Positions 1 to 12,645 of a DNA stretch of 64,000 nt are shown one piece after another. A program made the translations under genes and the position numbers. The DNA comes from an uncultured Rhizobium sp. (GTDB taxonomy: Bacteria; Pseudomonadota; Alphaproteobacteria; SMXQ01). The notes below the pieces were generated by a model that saw only the letters and a program-made list of their open reading frames with translations, did not search any database and was not told the DNA's origin. The stretch lies in NCBI GenBank assembly GCA_964628235.1, contig CAZVLU010000013.1, forward strand, positions 12,417 through 76,416, written 5' to 3'. Position 1 is the first letter of the stretch. Every line of letters starts with the position of its first letter.

Positions 1-1
1 C

Positions 2-751
2 TTCGAGGAGTTGCGCGCGATTTGCGCTGCACGCCGCCAACGCGTCATCGCCTTCGGCGAAAAGGGCGCCGACATCCGCCTCGACATCCTCGACGTGCTG
101 CCCGACGGCCAGCGCGTGTCCTTCGCGATCGCCGGCGAATATGCCGAAGTCAAACTGCCGCTGGTCGGCCATTTCCAGGCGATGAACGTCGCCTGCGCCT
201 TGGGCTTGGTCATTGCCGGCGGCGGCGCTGCCCGCGCGGCGCTCGCCACGCTGGAGCGCCTCGATGGCGTCGATGGCCGCATGCAATTGGCCGCTCGCCA
301 TCCGGCGGGTGCTGCGGTTTATGTCGATTACGCCCATACGCCCGATGCGCTCGCCAATGTGCTCGGCGCGCTGCGCCCGCATACGCGCGGCCGCCTGTTG
401 GTCGTGTTCGGCTGCGGCGGCGACCGCGATCCCGGCAAGCGCCCGCAGATGGGCCGCATCGCCGGCGAACTGGCCGATATCGTCATCGTCACCGACGACA
501 ATCCGCGCAGCGAAGATGCCGCCGCGATCCGCCGCCAAGTGCTGGCCGGCGTGACGGCGAAGACGCCGATCGAAATCGCCGACCGCAGCGAAGCCATTTC
601 CGCCGCCGCCGAGATGATGCAAAACGGCGACGTTCTCGTGCTCGCCGGCAAGGGCCATGAGCAGGGCCAAATCGTCGGCGCCACGACCATTCCCTTCAAC
701 GACGCCGACGAAGCCCGCAAGGCCGTCGCCCGTTTGGGAGGGACCGCGTAA
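2..751 (+). CDS. murE: UDP-N-acetylmuramoyl-L-alanyl-D-glutamate--2,6-diaminopimelate ligase, C-terminal part (5' end lies outside the window)
   Basis: Open in frame from the window edge. Mur-ligase C-terminal motifs: VDYAHTPDAL, VFGCGGDRDPGKRP, TDDNPRSED, LAGKGHE. First gene of a contiguous dcw cluster; TAATG stop/start junction with murF. Confidence 0.9.
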   Translation, partial: FEELRAICAARRQRVIAFGEKGADIRLDILDVLPDGQRVSFAIAGEYAEVKLPLVGHFQAMNVACALGLVIAGGGAARAALATLERLDGVDGRMQLAARHPAGAAVYVDYAHTPDALANVLGALRPHTRGRLLVVFGCGGDRDPGKRPQMGRIAGELADIVIVTDDNPRSEDAAAIRRQVLAGVTAKTPIEIADRSEAISAAAEMMQNGDVLVLAGKGHEQGQIVGATTIPFNDADEARKAVARLGGTA

Positions 752-2181
752 TGGCCCCGCTGTGGATGTCCAATCACGCCGTCGCCGCCACCAAGGGCAG
801 TTCCACCACCGGCTGGAACGCCAGCGGCGTGTCGATCGATAGCCGCGCCGTGAAGCCGGGCGACCTGTTCGTCGCCATCAAGGGCCCGAACTTCGACGGC
901 CATGTCTTCGTCGCCGACGCGCTCGCCAAGGGCGCCGCCGCCGCCGTGGTGTCGCAGCGCCCTGAAGGCGCGCTGCCGACCACGCCGCTGCTCGTCGTCC
1001 AAGACCCGCTCGCTGCCTTGGAAGATCTCGCGCGCGCCGCGCGGTTGCGCACCGCAGCGCGCATCGCCGCCGTCACCGGCTCGGTCGGCAAGACCAGCAC
1101 CAAGGAAGCGCTCAAGCTGGTGCTCGCCGCGCAAGGCTTGACCCACGCCAGCGAAGGCAGCCTCAACAATCACTGGGGCGTGCCCCTGTCGCTCGCGCGC
1201 CTGCCGGCGGACGCCGCCTACGGCGTGTTCGAACTCGGCATGAACCACGCCGGCGAATTGACGCCGCTCTCCAAGCTGGTGCGCCCGAACGTGACGATCA
1301 TCACCACCATCGAGGCGGTGCATCTCGAATTCTTCGACTCGCTGGACGGCATCGCCACCGCCAAGGCGGAAATTTTCGCCGGCCTGGAGCCGCATGGCAT
1401 CGCCGTGCTGAACCAGGACAACGACTATTTCGGCTATCTGACGCGCGAAGCCGTCGCCAAGGGCGCGACGGTGGTCGGCTTCGGCAGCGCAAAGGGCGCT
1501 TGGGCGCGGTTGATCGCATACGATCCGAGCGAAACCGGTGCCCATATCGACGCCGAGATCGGCGGCCAGCGCATCCGCTTCGCCATCGGCGCGCCGGGCC
1601 GCCATTGGGCCCTCAACAGCCTCGCCGTCCTCGCCGCCGCCTTGCATCTCGGCGCCGATCTCGAACAAGCCGCCGCCGCGCTCGCCGGCATGGCTGCGCC
1701 GAAAGGCCGCGGCGCGCGTCATGAGATCGCGCTCGATGACGGGGCGTTCACGCTGATCGATGAAAGCTACAACGCCAGCCCGGCCGCCATGCGCGCCGCC
1801 TTCGCCGTGCTCGCCGGCATGACGCCGGCCGCCAACTCGCAAACTGGGGGCGGCCGCCGCATCGCCATCCTCGGCGACATGCTGGAGCTCGGCGCCGACT
1901 CCGCCGTCCTTCACGCCGATCTCGCGCCCGATGTCGCCAACACCGCCGATCTCGTCTGCACCGCCGGACGCGATATGGGCGCGCTGAACGAAGCTTTGCC
2001 GCGCGAGAAGCGCGCCGGCCATGCCGCCAAAGCCGAAGAGCTGCTGCCGCTGGTGCGCAAGCTCATCCGCCCAGGCGACGTCGTCATGGTCAAGGGATCG
2101 CACGGCAGCCGCATGGGACTGATCGTCGACGCCCTGCTCGCCGCCAGCCTGCCCAACAAAACCGCCGCCAACGGCCATTGA
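751..2181 (+). CDS. murF: UDP-N-acetylmuramoyl-tripeptide--D-alanyl-D-alanine ligase
   Basis: 476 aa with Mur-ligase P-loop AAVTGSVGKTSTKE. Lies between murE and mraY. Confidence 0.9.
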   Translation: MAPLWMSNHAVAATKGSSTTGWNASGVSIDSRAVKPGDLFVAIKGPNFDGHVFVADALAKGAAAAVVSQRPEGALPTTPLLVVQDPLAALEDLARAARLRTAARIAAVTGSVGKTSTKEALKLVLAAQGLTHASEGSLNNHWGVPLSLARLPADAAYGVFELGMNHAGELTPLSKLVRPNVTIITTIEAVHLEFFDSLDGIATAKAEIFAGLEPHGIAVLNQDNDYFGYLTREAVAKGATVVGFGSAKGAWARLIAYDPSETGAHIDAEIGGQRIRFAIGAPGRHWALNSLAVLAAALHLGADLEQAAAALAGMAAPKGRGARHEIALDDGAFTLIDESYNASPAAMRAAFAVLAGMTPAANSQTGGGRRIAILGDMLELGADSAVLHADLAPDVANTADLVCTAGRDMGALNEALPREKRAGHAAKAEELLPLVRKLIRPGDVVMVKGSHGSRMGLIVDALLAASLPNKTAANGH

Positions 2182-2202
2182 GAAGAAAAGGCACTCGACC
2201 AG

Positions 2203-3291
2203 ATGCTCTACAACCTGCTCGCGCCTTATGCGGACCAATTCGCGGCCTTCAACCTGTTCCGCTACATCACGTTCCGCACCGGCGGCGCCACGGTGACGGC
2301 GCTGCTCGTTTGCTTCGTGTTCGGCCCCATGGTCATTCGCTGGCTTAAGAGCAAGCAGGCGCATGGCCAGCCGATCCGCACGGATGGGCCCGAGAGCCAT
2401 CTGCTGACCAAGAAGGGCACGCCGACCATGGGCGGCCTGCTCATCCTGTTCGGCGTCGCCGCCGGCACGCTGCTGTGGGCCGACCTGTCGAACCGCTATG
2501 TCTGGGTCGTGCTGCTCGTCACCATCGGCTTCGGCTCGGTCGGCTTCGCCGACGACTACCTGAAACTCACGCGGCGCAGCCACAAGGGCGTGCCGGGCAA
2601 ATACAAGCTGATCGCCGAATGCGCCATCGCCCTGATCGCGACGCTCTGGATCATGGAGATCACGCGCGATCCGCTATCGACCAGCCTGTCGATCCCCTTC
2701 ATCAAGGACGCGCTCATCAACCTCGGCTGGATCTTCATTCCGTTCGGCGCGCTGGTCATGGTCGGGGCGTCGAACGCCGTGAACCTGACGGACGGTCTCG
2801 ACGGCCTCGCCATCGTGCCGGTAATGATCGCTGCCGGCTGCTTCGCGCTGATCTCCTATCTCGTCGGCAACGCGGTGTTCGCCAACTATCTGCAAATCAA
2901 CTACGTGCCCGGCAGCGGCGAGCTCGCGGTGTTCTGCGGCGCGCTGGTCGGCGCCTCGCTCGGCTTCCTGTGGTTCAACGCGCCGCCTGCCATGGTCTTC
3001 ATGGGCGACACCGGCTCGCTGTCGGTCGGCGGCGCGCTCGGCGCCATCAGCGTCGTCACCAAGCATGAAATCGTGCTCGCCATCATCGGCGGCTTGTTCG
3101 TGCTGGAGACCGTCTCCGTCATCGTCCAGGTCGTCTCCTTCAAGACGACCGGCAAGCGCGTCTTCCGCATGGCGCCGCTGCACCATCATTTCGAAAAGAA
3201 GGGCTGGGCCGAGCCGACCGTGGTGATCCGCTTCTGGATCATCGCGTCGATCTTGGCGCTGGCCGGCCTCTCCAGCCTGAAACTGCGTTAA
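2203..3291 (+). CDS. mraY: phospho-N-acetylmuramoyl-pentapeptide transferase
   Basis: 362 aa polytopic membrane protein. Motifs [13 protein letters not shown] and [12 protein letters not shown]. dcw context. Confidence 0.95.
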   Translation: MLYNLLAPYADQFAAFNLFRYITFRTGGATVTALLVCFVFGPMVIRWLKSKQAHGQPIRTDGPESHLLTKKGTPTMGGLLILFGVAAGTLLWADLSNRYVWVVLLVTIGFGSVGFADDYLKLTRRSHKGVPGKYKLIAECAIALIATLWIMEITRDPLSTSLSIPFIKDALINLGWIFIPFGALVMVGASNAVNLTDGLDGLAIVPVMIAAGCFALISYLVGNAVFANYLQINYVPGSGELAVFCGALVGASLGFLWFNAPPAMVFMGDTGSLSVGGALGAISVVTKHEIVLAIIGGLFVLETVSVIVQVVSFKTTGKRVFRMAPLHHHFEKKGWAEPTVVIRFWIIASILALAGLSSLKLR

Positions 3292-3306
3292 AGGACCACT
3301 CACGCC

Positions 3307-4731
3307 GTGATCTCGCTGCCCTTCGCCAAAGACCAGACCTACGCCGTTCTCGGGCTCGGCAAGTCCGGGCTGACGGCCGCGCGCGCGCTGGCGGCGGGCG
3401 GCGCGAAGGTGCGGGCGTGGGACGACGGCGATAAAGCGCGCGCGGCGGCGGAAGCCGCCGGCATCGCGCTGACGCCGCTCATCGACGGCGGCTCGCTTGA
3501 GGGCGTCACCGCGCTGGTGATGAGCCCCGGCATTCCCCACAGCTTTCCCAAGGCGCACCCGGTCGCCGCCGCCGCGAAGGCGAAGAGCATCCCGCTGATC
3601 TCGGACGTCGAGCTTTTGCTCCGCGCCCAGAGCGGTTCGCGCTTCGCCGGCATCACCGGGACCAATGGCAAGTCGACGACCACGGCGCTGCTCGCCCATA
3701 TCTTGAAGGCGACCGGCGTGCGCATGGATGTCGGCGGCAATCTCGGCCCCGCCGCTCTCGGACTCGAAGAATTGGGCGACGCCGGCACCTATGTGCTCGA
3801 ACTGTCGTCCTATCAGATCGAACTCGTCCACACGGCGGCGTTCAACCTCGCCATCCTGCTCAACATCACGCCCGATCATCTCGACCGCCACGGCGGCATG
3901 GACGGCTACATCGCCGCCAAGCGTCGGCTGTTCGACATGCTCAAGGGCAGCGGCGTGGCGGTGATCGGCGTCGACGACGAACATTCCAAAGCCATCGCCA
4001 AAGAGATCGCCAAGCTCGGCAAGCGCGTCGTGCCCGTCACCGTCGGCCCAACAAACGAAGGCGGGCCGATCGAAGCCGGCGTCTGGGTGAAGGACGGCCA
4101 GTTGCACGACGGTCGGGCGCGCGACGGCAAAACTTTCGTCGCCGACTTGACCAAGGCCAAAGCGCTGCCCGGCAAGCACAACTGGCAGAACGCCGCCGCG
4201 GCCTACGCCGCCGCGCGCGCGCTGTGGATCGACCCCAAGCTGGCGGCCGACGCCATCCTGTCCTATCCGGGCCTCGCCCATCGCCAAGAGAAGATCGCCG
4301 ACATCGCCGGCGTCGCCTTCGTCAACGACAGCAAGGCGACCAACGCCGACGCCACCTCCAAGGCGCTCGCCTGCTACGACGCGATCTACTGGATCGCCGG
4401 CGGCCTGGCCAAGGACGGCGGCATCGAGACGCTCGGCCCGTGGCACAAGAGCATCCGCCACGCCTTCCTGATCGGCAAAGCCGCCGAAGACTTCGCCCGC
4501 ACGCTCGACGGCAAGGTGCCGTACACGCTGTGCGGCGAATTGCCCGCAGCGCTCGACGCCGCCGCCAAGCTCGCCTGGGCGGAGAAGATCAGCGGCGCCA
4601 CCGTGCTGCTGTCGCCGGCCTGCGCCTCGTTCGACCAGTTCGCCAATTTCGAAGCGCGCGGCGACGCCTTCCGCGCTTTGGTCCGCCAATTGCCGCAAAG
4701 CGGCGCGAAACAGGCGGGAGCCGGCGCATGA
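3307..4731 (+). CDS. murD: UDP-N-acetylmuramoylalanine--D-glutamate ligase
   Basis: 474 aa with GTG start and P-loop GITGTNGKSTTTA. dcw order; ATGA overlap with ftsW. Confidence 0.9.
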   Translation: MISLPFAKDQTYAVLGLGKSGLTAARALAAGGAKVRAWDDGDKARAAAEAAGIALTPLIDGGSLEGVTALVMSPGIPHSFPKAHPVAAAAKAKSIPLISDVELLLRAQSGSRFAGITGTNGKSTTTALLAHILKATGVRMDVGGNLGPAALGLEELGDAGTYVLELSSYQIELVHTAAFNLAILLNITPDHLDRHGGMDGYIAAKRRLFDMLKGSGVAVIGVDDEHSKAIAKEIAKLGKRVVPVTVGPTNEGGPIEAGVWVKDGQLHDGRARDGKTFVADLTKAKALPGKHNWQNAAAAYAAARALWIDPKLAADAILSYPGLAHRQEKIADIAGVAFVNDSKATNADATSKALACYDAIYWIAGGLAKDGGIETLGPWHKSIRHAFLIGKAAEDFARTLDGKVPYTLCGELPAALDAAAKLAWAEKISGATVLLSPACASFDQFANFEARGDAFRALVRQLPQSGAKQAGAGA

Positions 4732-5849
4732 TGAACTTCGCGCGCACCGACACGTCCGTCCTCGGCCGCTGGTGGTGGACCGTCGATCGCTGGGTGCTGG
4801 CCGCCCTGATGATCCTGGTCGGCCTCGGCATCGTGCTGATCTTCGCCGCCAGCCCGGCGGTGGCCGAGCGCATCGGCCTCGACTCGTTCTATTTCGTGCG
4901 CAAGCAGATCAGCTATCTCGCGCCGGCGCTGGCCATTCTGCTCGCCGTCTCGCTGCTCAACGTGCGCAATGTGCGCCGCCTCGCCGTCTTCGCCTTTCTC
5001 GCCATGGTCGGCTGCATGATCCTGACGCTGATGATGGGCGTCGAGATCAAGGGCGCCCGGCGCTGGATTTCGCTCGCCGGCTTCACGCTGCAGCCCTCCG
5101 AGTTCATCAAGCCTGCCTTCGCCGTGGTCGCCGCCTGGATGCTCGCCACCGGCCGCATGGAGCAAGGCTTCCCCGGCCGCACCATCGCCGTGGCGCTCTA
5201 CGGCCTCACCATGGGCCTGTTGCTGCTGCAGCCGGACATGGGCATGGCCGTGCTGACCTCGGCGATCTTCGCCGCGCAATTGTTCATCGCCGGCATCCCG
5301 ATGGCGCTGGTCGGCATGCTGGCGATTCTCGGCGTCGCCGGTATCGTCGGCGCCTATTTCGTGTTCCCGCATGTCGCCAGCCGCATCGACCGCTTCCTCG
5401 ACCCGTCGTCGGGCGACAGCTATCAGGTCAACACCGGCCTCGAAGCCTTCATGAACGGCGGCCTGTTCGGTCGCGGCCCGGGCGAAGGCACCGTCAAGGA
5501 AATCCTGCCCGACGCGCACGCCGACTTCATCTTCGCCGTCGCCGGCGAGGAGCTCGGCCTGATCGCCTGCCTGTTCATCGTCATGCTGTTCGCCTTCATC
5601 GTGCTGCGCGGCTTCACCCGCATGCTGTCGGAAGGCAACCTCTTCATCCTGCTCGCCGTCACCGGGCTGCTCGTGCAATTCGGCCTGCAGGCGATCATCC
5701 ATATGTCCTCGACGCTAAATCTGATGCCGACCAAAGGCATGACGCTGCCGCTGATCTCCTACGGCGGCTCGTCGCTGCTCGGCATCGCCTTCGGCATGGG
5801 CATGGTGCTGGCGCTGACGCGCAGCCGCGCCGGCTTGGGTGAGGTGTGA
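4728..5849 (+). CDS. ftsW: SEDS-family cell division protein / peptidoglycan glycosyltransferase FtsW
   Basis: Internal ATG of ORF 4224..5849 chosen because it overlaps the murD stop (ATGA). Product MMNFARTD... is multi-TM. Motifs LQPSEFIKP and PTKGMTLPLISYGGSS. Confidence 0.9.
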   Translation: MMNFARTDTSVLGRWWWTVDRWVLAALMILVGLGIVLIFAASPAVAERIGLDSFYFVRKQISYLAPALAILLAVSLLNVRNVRRLAVFAFLAMVGCMILTLMMGVEIKGARRWISLAGFTLQPSEFIKPAFAVVAAWMLATGRMEQGFPGRTIAVALYGLTMGLLLLQPDMGMAVLTSAIFAAQLFIAGIPMALVGMLAILGVAGIVGAYFVFPHVASRIDRFLDPSSGDSYQVNTGLEAFMNGGLFGRGPGEGTVKEILPDAHADFIFAVAGEELGLIACLFIVMLFAFIVLRGFTRMLSEGNLFILLAVTGLLVQFGLQAIIHMSSTLNLMPTKGMTLPLISYGGSSLLGIAFGMGMVLALTRSRAGLGEV

Positions 5850-7014
5850 TGAGCCATCCGCACGACATCCTCGACGTCCCGGCGCACAGCCGCACGCACC
5901 CCATCGTGCTGGTGGCCGGCGGCACGGGCGGCCATGTGTTCCCGGCCGAAGCGCTCGCCAGCGAATTGCGCGCGCGCGGCTACACGCTGGCGCTGTTCAC
6001 CGATCGGCGCGGCGAAGCCTATGGCGGCGAACTCGGCGCGCTCGCCACGCATCGCATCCGCGCCGGCCGCGTCAGCGGCGGCGGCCTCATCGGCCGCGCC
6101 AAAGGCGTGATCGATCTGGCGCTCGGCGGCCTGCAGTCGCGCGGGCTGCTCGCCAAGCTCAAGCCCAGCGTCGTCGTCGGCTTCGGCGGCTATGCCACCG
6201 TGCCGACCATGCTGGCCGCAAGCAGCCTCGGCCTGCCGACCGTGATCCATGAGCAGAACGCCTTGCTCGGACGCGCCAACCGCCTGCTGGCGTCGCGCGT
6301 CTCGGCCATCGCCACGGCGTTCGACACTGTCATCGGCATCAAGCCGGGCGACCGCGGCAAGACGGTGCTGACCGGCAATCCGGTGCGCCCCGGCATTCGC
6401 GCCCTGCGCGACAACGCCTATCCGGCGCTGGCCGGCGACGGCCCGATCCATCTGCTGGTCACCGGCGGCAGCCAGGGCGCGACGATCTTCAGCGACGTGG
6501 TGCCCGCCGCCCTCGACCGCCTGCCCGACGACATGCGCAAGCGTCTGCGTATCAGCCAGCAATGCCGCCCCGAGGACATCGAGCGGGTGCGCGCGGCCTA
6601 TGCCGGCACCGACATCCGCGTCGATCTCGCCAGCTTCTTCAGCGACATGCCCGAGCGCCTGCTGCACGCCCACCTGGTGATCTGCCGCGCCGGCGCCTCG
6701 ACCGTCGCGGAGCTGACGATGGCCGGCCGCCCGGCGATCTTGGTGCCCTATCCGCACGCCATGGACGACCACCAGACGATGAACGCTCGCGCCATCGAAG
6801 CGCAGGGCGGCGCCGTCACCATGCCGCAACTCGACTTCACGCCGGAAACGCTCTCGGCCCGCCTCAAGTTGCTCTTCGCCCAGCCGCAGCAGCTCGCGCG
6901 CATGGCGGAGAAAGCCCACGCCAGCGGCCATCGCGACGCCGCCGCCAACCTCGCCATCCTCGTCGCCGGCCTGCTCTCGGGCAGCAACGGCGCGACCACC
7001 ACGGAGAAGGCCGC

Positions 7015-7018
<4 letters not shown>
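5846..7018 (+). CDS. murG: UDP-N-acetylglucosamine--N-acetylmuramyl-(pentapeptide) pyrophosphoryl-undecaprenol GlcNAc transferase
   Basis: 390 aa with N-terminal G-loop [13 protein letters not shown]. dcw order. Start is GTG 5846 or ATG 5849. Confidence 0.9.
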
Positions 7019-8441
<1,423 letters not shown>

Positions 8442-8445
<4 letters not shown>

Positions 8446-9392
8446 TGGCCGAGCGCAAATCCACCGACCGCCTGATCGACCGCCTGCCGGCGGTGCGCGG
8501 CCGTTATACGGAAGCGGCGGACTTGTCGCGCGTCACCTGGTTCAAAGTCGGCGGTCCGGCCGAAGTGATGTTCCGCCCTGTCGACCAAGACGATCTCGCA
8601 GCCTTCCTCGCCGCCAAGCCGGCCGACGTGCCGGTCACCGTGCTCGGCGTCGGCTCGAACCTGCTGGTGCGCGACGGCGGCATCGACGGCGTCGTCATCC
8701 GCTTGGGCCGCGGCTTTACTGACATCGCCGCTGAGGGCACCACCGTGACGGCGGGCGCCGCCGCGCTCGATTTGAACGTCGCCATCGCTGCCCGCGCTGC
8801 CGGCATCGCCGGCCTCGAGTTCCTCTCCGGCATCCCCGGCTTGATCGGCGGCGCCCTGCGCATGAACGCCGGGGCTTACGGCCGCGAGATGACGAATGTC
8901 GTCGTCGCCGCCACCGCGCTCGACGCGAGCGGCGCGCTGCACACACTGACCCCGGCTGAATTGGGCTTCACCTATCGCCATAGCGCCACCCCCGCCGACT
9001 GGATTTTCACCAGCGTGACGCTGCAAGGCGAAGCCGGCGCGCCGGACGCGATCCAAGCGCGCATGGACGAAATCCAGACGGCGCGCGCCGAGACGCAGCC
9101 GTTGCGCACGCCGACCGGCGGCTCGACCTTCAAGAATCCGGACGGCCATAAGGCTTGGCAGCTCATCGATGCCGCCGGCTGCCGCGGGCTGCACATGGGC
9201 GGCGCGAAGGTGTCCGAACTGCATTGCAACTTCCTGATCAATGCCGGCGGCGCGACCGCAGCCGACATCGAAGCACTCGGCGAAGAGGTCCGTCGCCGCG
9301 TCTTCGAGAACAGCGGCATCACGCTCGACTGGGAAATCAAGCGCATCGGCAAAGCGCTGCCGGGCCTCCACGCCGTCGAGGGCGCCGCATGA
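8442..9392 (+). CDS. murB: UDP-N-acetylenolpyruvoylglucosamine reductase
   Basis: Internal ATG overlapping the murC stop (ATGA). FAD-binding-type motif [14 protein letters not shown], plus GGSTFKNP. Confidence 0.9.
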
Positions 9393-10309
9393 AAAAAGAA
9401 ATCGCCGTGCTGATGGGCGGCTGGTCGGCGGAGCGCGAGGTTTCGCTCGTGTCCGGCGCCGCCGTGTCGAACGCCCTGAAGAAGCTCGGCCATCACGTCA
9501 CGACGATCGATGTCGGCCGCGAGATCGGCACATTGCTCAAAGCGCTGCATCCGCGTGTGCAAGTGGCCTTCAACGCCCTGCACGGCCGCTTCGGCGAAGA
9601 CGGCTGTATCCAGGGCGCGCTCGAAATCCTCGGCTTGCCCTACACCCATTCGGGCGTTCTCGCCTCTGCCCTCGCCATGGACAAGCCGACCGCGCGCCGC
9701 CTGTTCCAGGCCGCCGGTCTGCGCGTCGCCGAAGGCTTGGTGCTGACCCGCGAGCAGGTGTTGGCCGGCGGCTTCATGGCCGCGCCCTATGTGATCAAGC
9801 CGTTCAACGAAGGCTCCAGCGTCGGCGTGCATATCGTGCAGCCCGGCGACAATGCCAAGCCCTTCGCCGACACCGCCTGGCCCTACGGCGAGCAGGTGCT
9901 GGTCGAGCGCTTCATCCCCGGCCGCGAACTGACCGTCGCCGTGATGGGCGACAAGGCGCTCGGCTGCCTCGAGATCCGCCCCAAGCAAGGCTTCTACAGC
10001 TACGAAGCCAAATACACCGACGGCAAGGCCGACCATCTGATGCCGGCCCCGCTGCCCGCCACGAAATATCAGGAAGCGCTCGAGATCGGCCTCGCGGCGC
10101 ACCGCACGCTCGGCTGCCGCGGCGTCTCGCGCACCGACATCCGCTACGACGATACGCCGGGCGGCGACGGCCAGTTCTATGTGCTTGAAGTCAACACCCA
10201 GCCGGGCATGACGCCGCTCTCGCTCGTGCCCGAGATCGCCGCCCATGCCGGCATGAATTTCGAGGAGCTCGTCTCCTGGATCGTGGAGGACGCCTCATGC
10301 CCGCGCTGA
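9389..10309 (+). CDS. ddl: D-alanine--D-alanine ligase
   Basis: Internal ATG overlapping the murB stop (ATGA). Product [19 protein letters not shown]... Motifs HGRFGEDGCIQGALE and EVNTQPGMT (ATP-grasp). Confidence 0.9.
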   Translation: MKKEIAVLMGGWSAEREVSLVSGAAVSNALKKLGHHVTTIDVGREIGTLLKALHPRVQVAFNALHGRFGEDGCIQGALEILGLPYTHSGVLASALAMDKPTARRLFQAAGLRVAEGLVLTREQVLAGGFMAAPYVIKPFNEGSSVGVHIVQPGDNAKPFADTAWPYGEQVLVERFIPGRELTVAVMGDKALGCLEIRPKQGFYSYEAKYTDGKADHLMPAPLPATKYQEALEIGLAAHRTLGCRGVSRTDIRYDDTPGGDGQFYVLEVNTQPGMTPLSLVPEIAAHAGMNFEELVSWIVEDASCPR

Positions 10310-11157
10310 ACAAGCGTCGCGCAAAATCTCGCAAGCCGGTGCGCCGCACGCCGCCGCCGCGTTGGCTCAAGCCGGCGCTGCGCGGGATCGCAGCGCTTGG
10401 CGCCATCGGCCTCGTCGTCGCCGTGCCGACCTATCTCGTGCGCGCCGGCCATGTCGACGCCGCCTCCGCCTGGGCCGAGCGGCACGGCATGATCGTCTCC
10501 GCCGGCTTCGGCTTGGCGGTGCGCGAAGTGCTGGTGCAGGGCCGCGGCGAGAGCCCCGGCAAGGACGTGCTCGCGGCGCTCGACGTCAAACGCGGCTCGC
10601 CGATCCTCGCCTTCGATCCGCATGCGGCGAAGGCCCGCCTCGAAGAACTGCCCTGGGTGCGCAAGGCGACCGTCGAACGCCGGCTGCCCGACACCGTCTT
10701 CGTGCGCCTCGAAGAGCGCGTGCCGATGGCGCTGTGGCAGCGTGACGGCAAGCTGACGCTTGTCGACCGCGACGGCGTGCCCGTGCCCAGCGCCGATCCG
10801 GCACGCTTCGGCCAATTGCCGCAGATCATCGGCGACGGCGCGCCTGTCAATGCGCCCGCCATCCTCGCCATCACCGCTGCCGAGCCCGATCTGCGCGCCC
10901 GCGTCGCCGCCCTCAGCTTCGTCGGCGGCCGGCGCTGGACCGTGATCTTCGACAACGGCGCCGAAGTGCAGCTGCCCGAACAAGATGCCGGGCGCGCCTG
11001 GGCCAAGTTCGCCGCCATGCAGCGCAGCCAGAACGTGCTGGCGCATGACGTGGCCAACATCGATCTGCGGCTGCCCGACCGGACGGTCGTGCGGCTCTCG
11101 CCGGGTGTGACTCCGCCGAAAGCGGCGCCCATCAGAAAATCCGGCAAGGACACCTAG
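10297..11157 (+). CDS. ftsQ: cell division protein FtsQ
   Basis: 286 aa: basic N-terminus, single TM (GIAALGAIGLVVAV), then a POTRA-like region. Lies between ddl and ftsA, with a 13-nt overlap with ddl. Confidence 0.85.
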   Translation: MPALNKRRAKSRKPVRRTPPPRWLKPALRGIAALGAIGLVVAVPTYLVRAGHVDAASAWAERHGMIVSAGFGLAVREVLVQGRGESPGKDVLAALDVKRGSPILAFDPHAAKARLEELPWVRKATVERRLPDTVFVRLEERVPMALWQRDGKLTLVDRDGVPVPSADPARFGQLPQIIGDGAPVNAPAILAITAAEPDLRARVAALSFVGGRRWTVIFDNGAEVQLPEQDAGRAWAKFAAMQRSQNVLAHDVANIDLRLPDRTVVRLSPGVTPPKAAPIRKSGKDT

Positions 11158-11165
11158 GGGGAAGC

Positions 11166-12437
11166 GTGATGCGTAAGTCTCTGTCTAAGACGAGGAACGG
11201 CGTGATCGCGGCGCTCGATATCGGCACCACGAAAATCTGCTGCTTCATCGCGCGCGCCGACGACGAGGGCAACCTGCGCGTCGCCGGCATCGGCCATCAC
11301 AGCTCGGACGGCGTGCGCGTCGGCTCGATCGTCGATGTCGAAGCCGCCGAAACGTCGATCCTGTCCGCCGTGCAAGCCGCCGAGCAGATGGCCGGCGAGA
11401 CGATCCGCGACGTCATCGTCAATCTCTCCGCCGGCCAGCCCGAATCGAAGACGCTGAACTACGAAGTCTCCATCGCCGGCCATGAAGTCGGCGATGCCGA
11501 CGTGCGCAAAGTGCTCAGCCACGGCCGCGCCCAGAGCGAGAGCGGCGAGCGCGAGCTGATCCATTGCGTGCCCGTCGGCTACACCATCGACGGCAGCCGC
11601 TACATCCGCGACCCGCGCGGCATGTACGGCGAGCGCCTCGGCGTCAACATGCATGTCATCACCGCCGCCTCCGGCGCGGTGCGCACGCTGACGACCTGCA
11701 TCCAGCGTTGCCACCTCGACGTCTCGGCCCTTGTCATGTCGCCTTACGCGGCGGCGCTGTCGGCTTTGGTCGAAGACGAGATGAATCTCGGCGCCACCGT
11801 CATCGACATGGGCGGCGGCACCACATCGATCGCCGTGTTCCACGACGGCAAGCTGGTCCATGCCGACAGCGTGCCGATCGGCGGCGCGCATGTCACCAGC
11901 GACATCGCGCGCGGCCTGTCGACGCCGCTCGCCCATGCCGAGCGCATGAAGACGCTGTACGGCAGCGCCATCCCGTCGCCGTCCGACGAGCGCGAGATCA
12001 TCGACGTGCCGCTGGTCGGCGAAGAGGACCGCGCCCAGGCCAACCATGTGCCGCGCTCGATTCTCGTCTCGATCATCCAGCCCCGTCTGGAAGAGACCTT
12101 CGAACATATCCGCTCGCGCTTGGAAGCCAGCGGCATCGACAAAACCGCCGGCCGCCGCGTCGTTCTCACGGGCGGCGCCAGCCAACTGCAAGGCGTGCAG
12201 GAATTGGCCGCCGGCGTTCTCGACAAACAGGTCCGGCGCGGCCGGCCGCTGCGCATCAGCGGCTTGGCCGAGGCGACAGGCGGTCCCGCCTTCGCCACTT
12301 GCGCCGGTCTTCTCACCTACGCCGTCAGCAAGCACGTCGACGCCCCGATGGGGGCGCTGGCGCCGCGCATGCGCGACGGCGAAGAGTCGGCCGGCCTGTT
12401 CGGCCGTTTTGGAGTCTGGCTACGTGAAAACTTCTAA
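11166..12437 (+). CDS. ftsA: cell division protein FtsA
   Basis: 423 aa with actin-fold phosphate motifs ALDIGTTKICC and DMGGGTTSIAVF. Start is GTG 11166 or ATG 11169. Confidence 0.9.
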   Translation: MMRKSLSKTRNGVIAALDIGTTKICCFIARADDEGNLRVAGIGHHSSDGVRVGSIVDVEAAETSILSAVQAAEQMAGETIRDVIVNLSAGQPESKTLNYEVSIAGHEVGDADVRKVLSHGRAQSESGERELIHCVPVGYTIDGSRYIRDPRGMYGERLGVNMHVITAASGAVRTLTTCIQRCHLDVSALVMSPYAAALSALVEDEMNLGATVIDMGGGTTSIAVFHDGKLVHADSVPIGGAHVTSDIARGLSTPLAHAERMKTLYGSAIPSPSDEREIIDVPLVGEEDRAQANHVPRSILVSIIQPRLEETFEHIRSRLEASGIDKTAGRRVVLTGGASQLQGVQELAAGVLDKQVRRGRPLRISGLAEATGGPAFATCAGLLTYAVSKHVDAPMGALAPRMRDGEESAGLFGRFGVWLRENF

Positions 12438-12645
12438 GACCCACGACACCCGTTACGGCCAGGGCGGCGCACAGCCCTGGTCGGCGCTTATGGCGGGCCC
12501 GGGCTGCACGCTCTCCGAGAGCAATCTCGGGGTGTGCACCCCAGGCCCGCTTGGCGCCTCTCTGTCCACTAGCCGGTTTGGCGGCCGGCACAACGCATAC
12601 CTCACCTCACCCGCATCATCCTTTGTGTCCATCGGAGGCTAGAAA

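Noticed and set aside
22-660. Same-strand alternative-frame ORFs rich in Arg/Pro, e.g. 22..660, 2475..3068, 4772..5842, 9241..10188, 11564..12427, 35119..36270, 39683..40660.
   Set aside because: They are off-frame readings of well-supported genes. Their composition (runs of R, P, A) is typical of frame-shifted GC-rich coding DNA, and they have no independent start context.
12438-12645. The 208-bp ftsA-ftsZ spacer, checked for small genes or RNA structure (e.g. ggggtgtgcacccc).
   Set aside because: It has only short imperfect palindromes and no terminator or ORF with an RBS. It is most simply the known location of ftsZ promoters.
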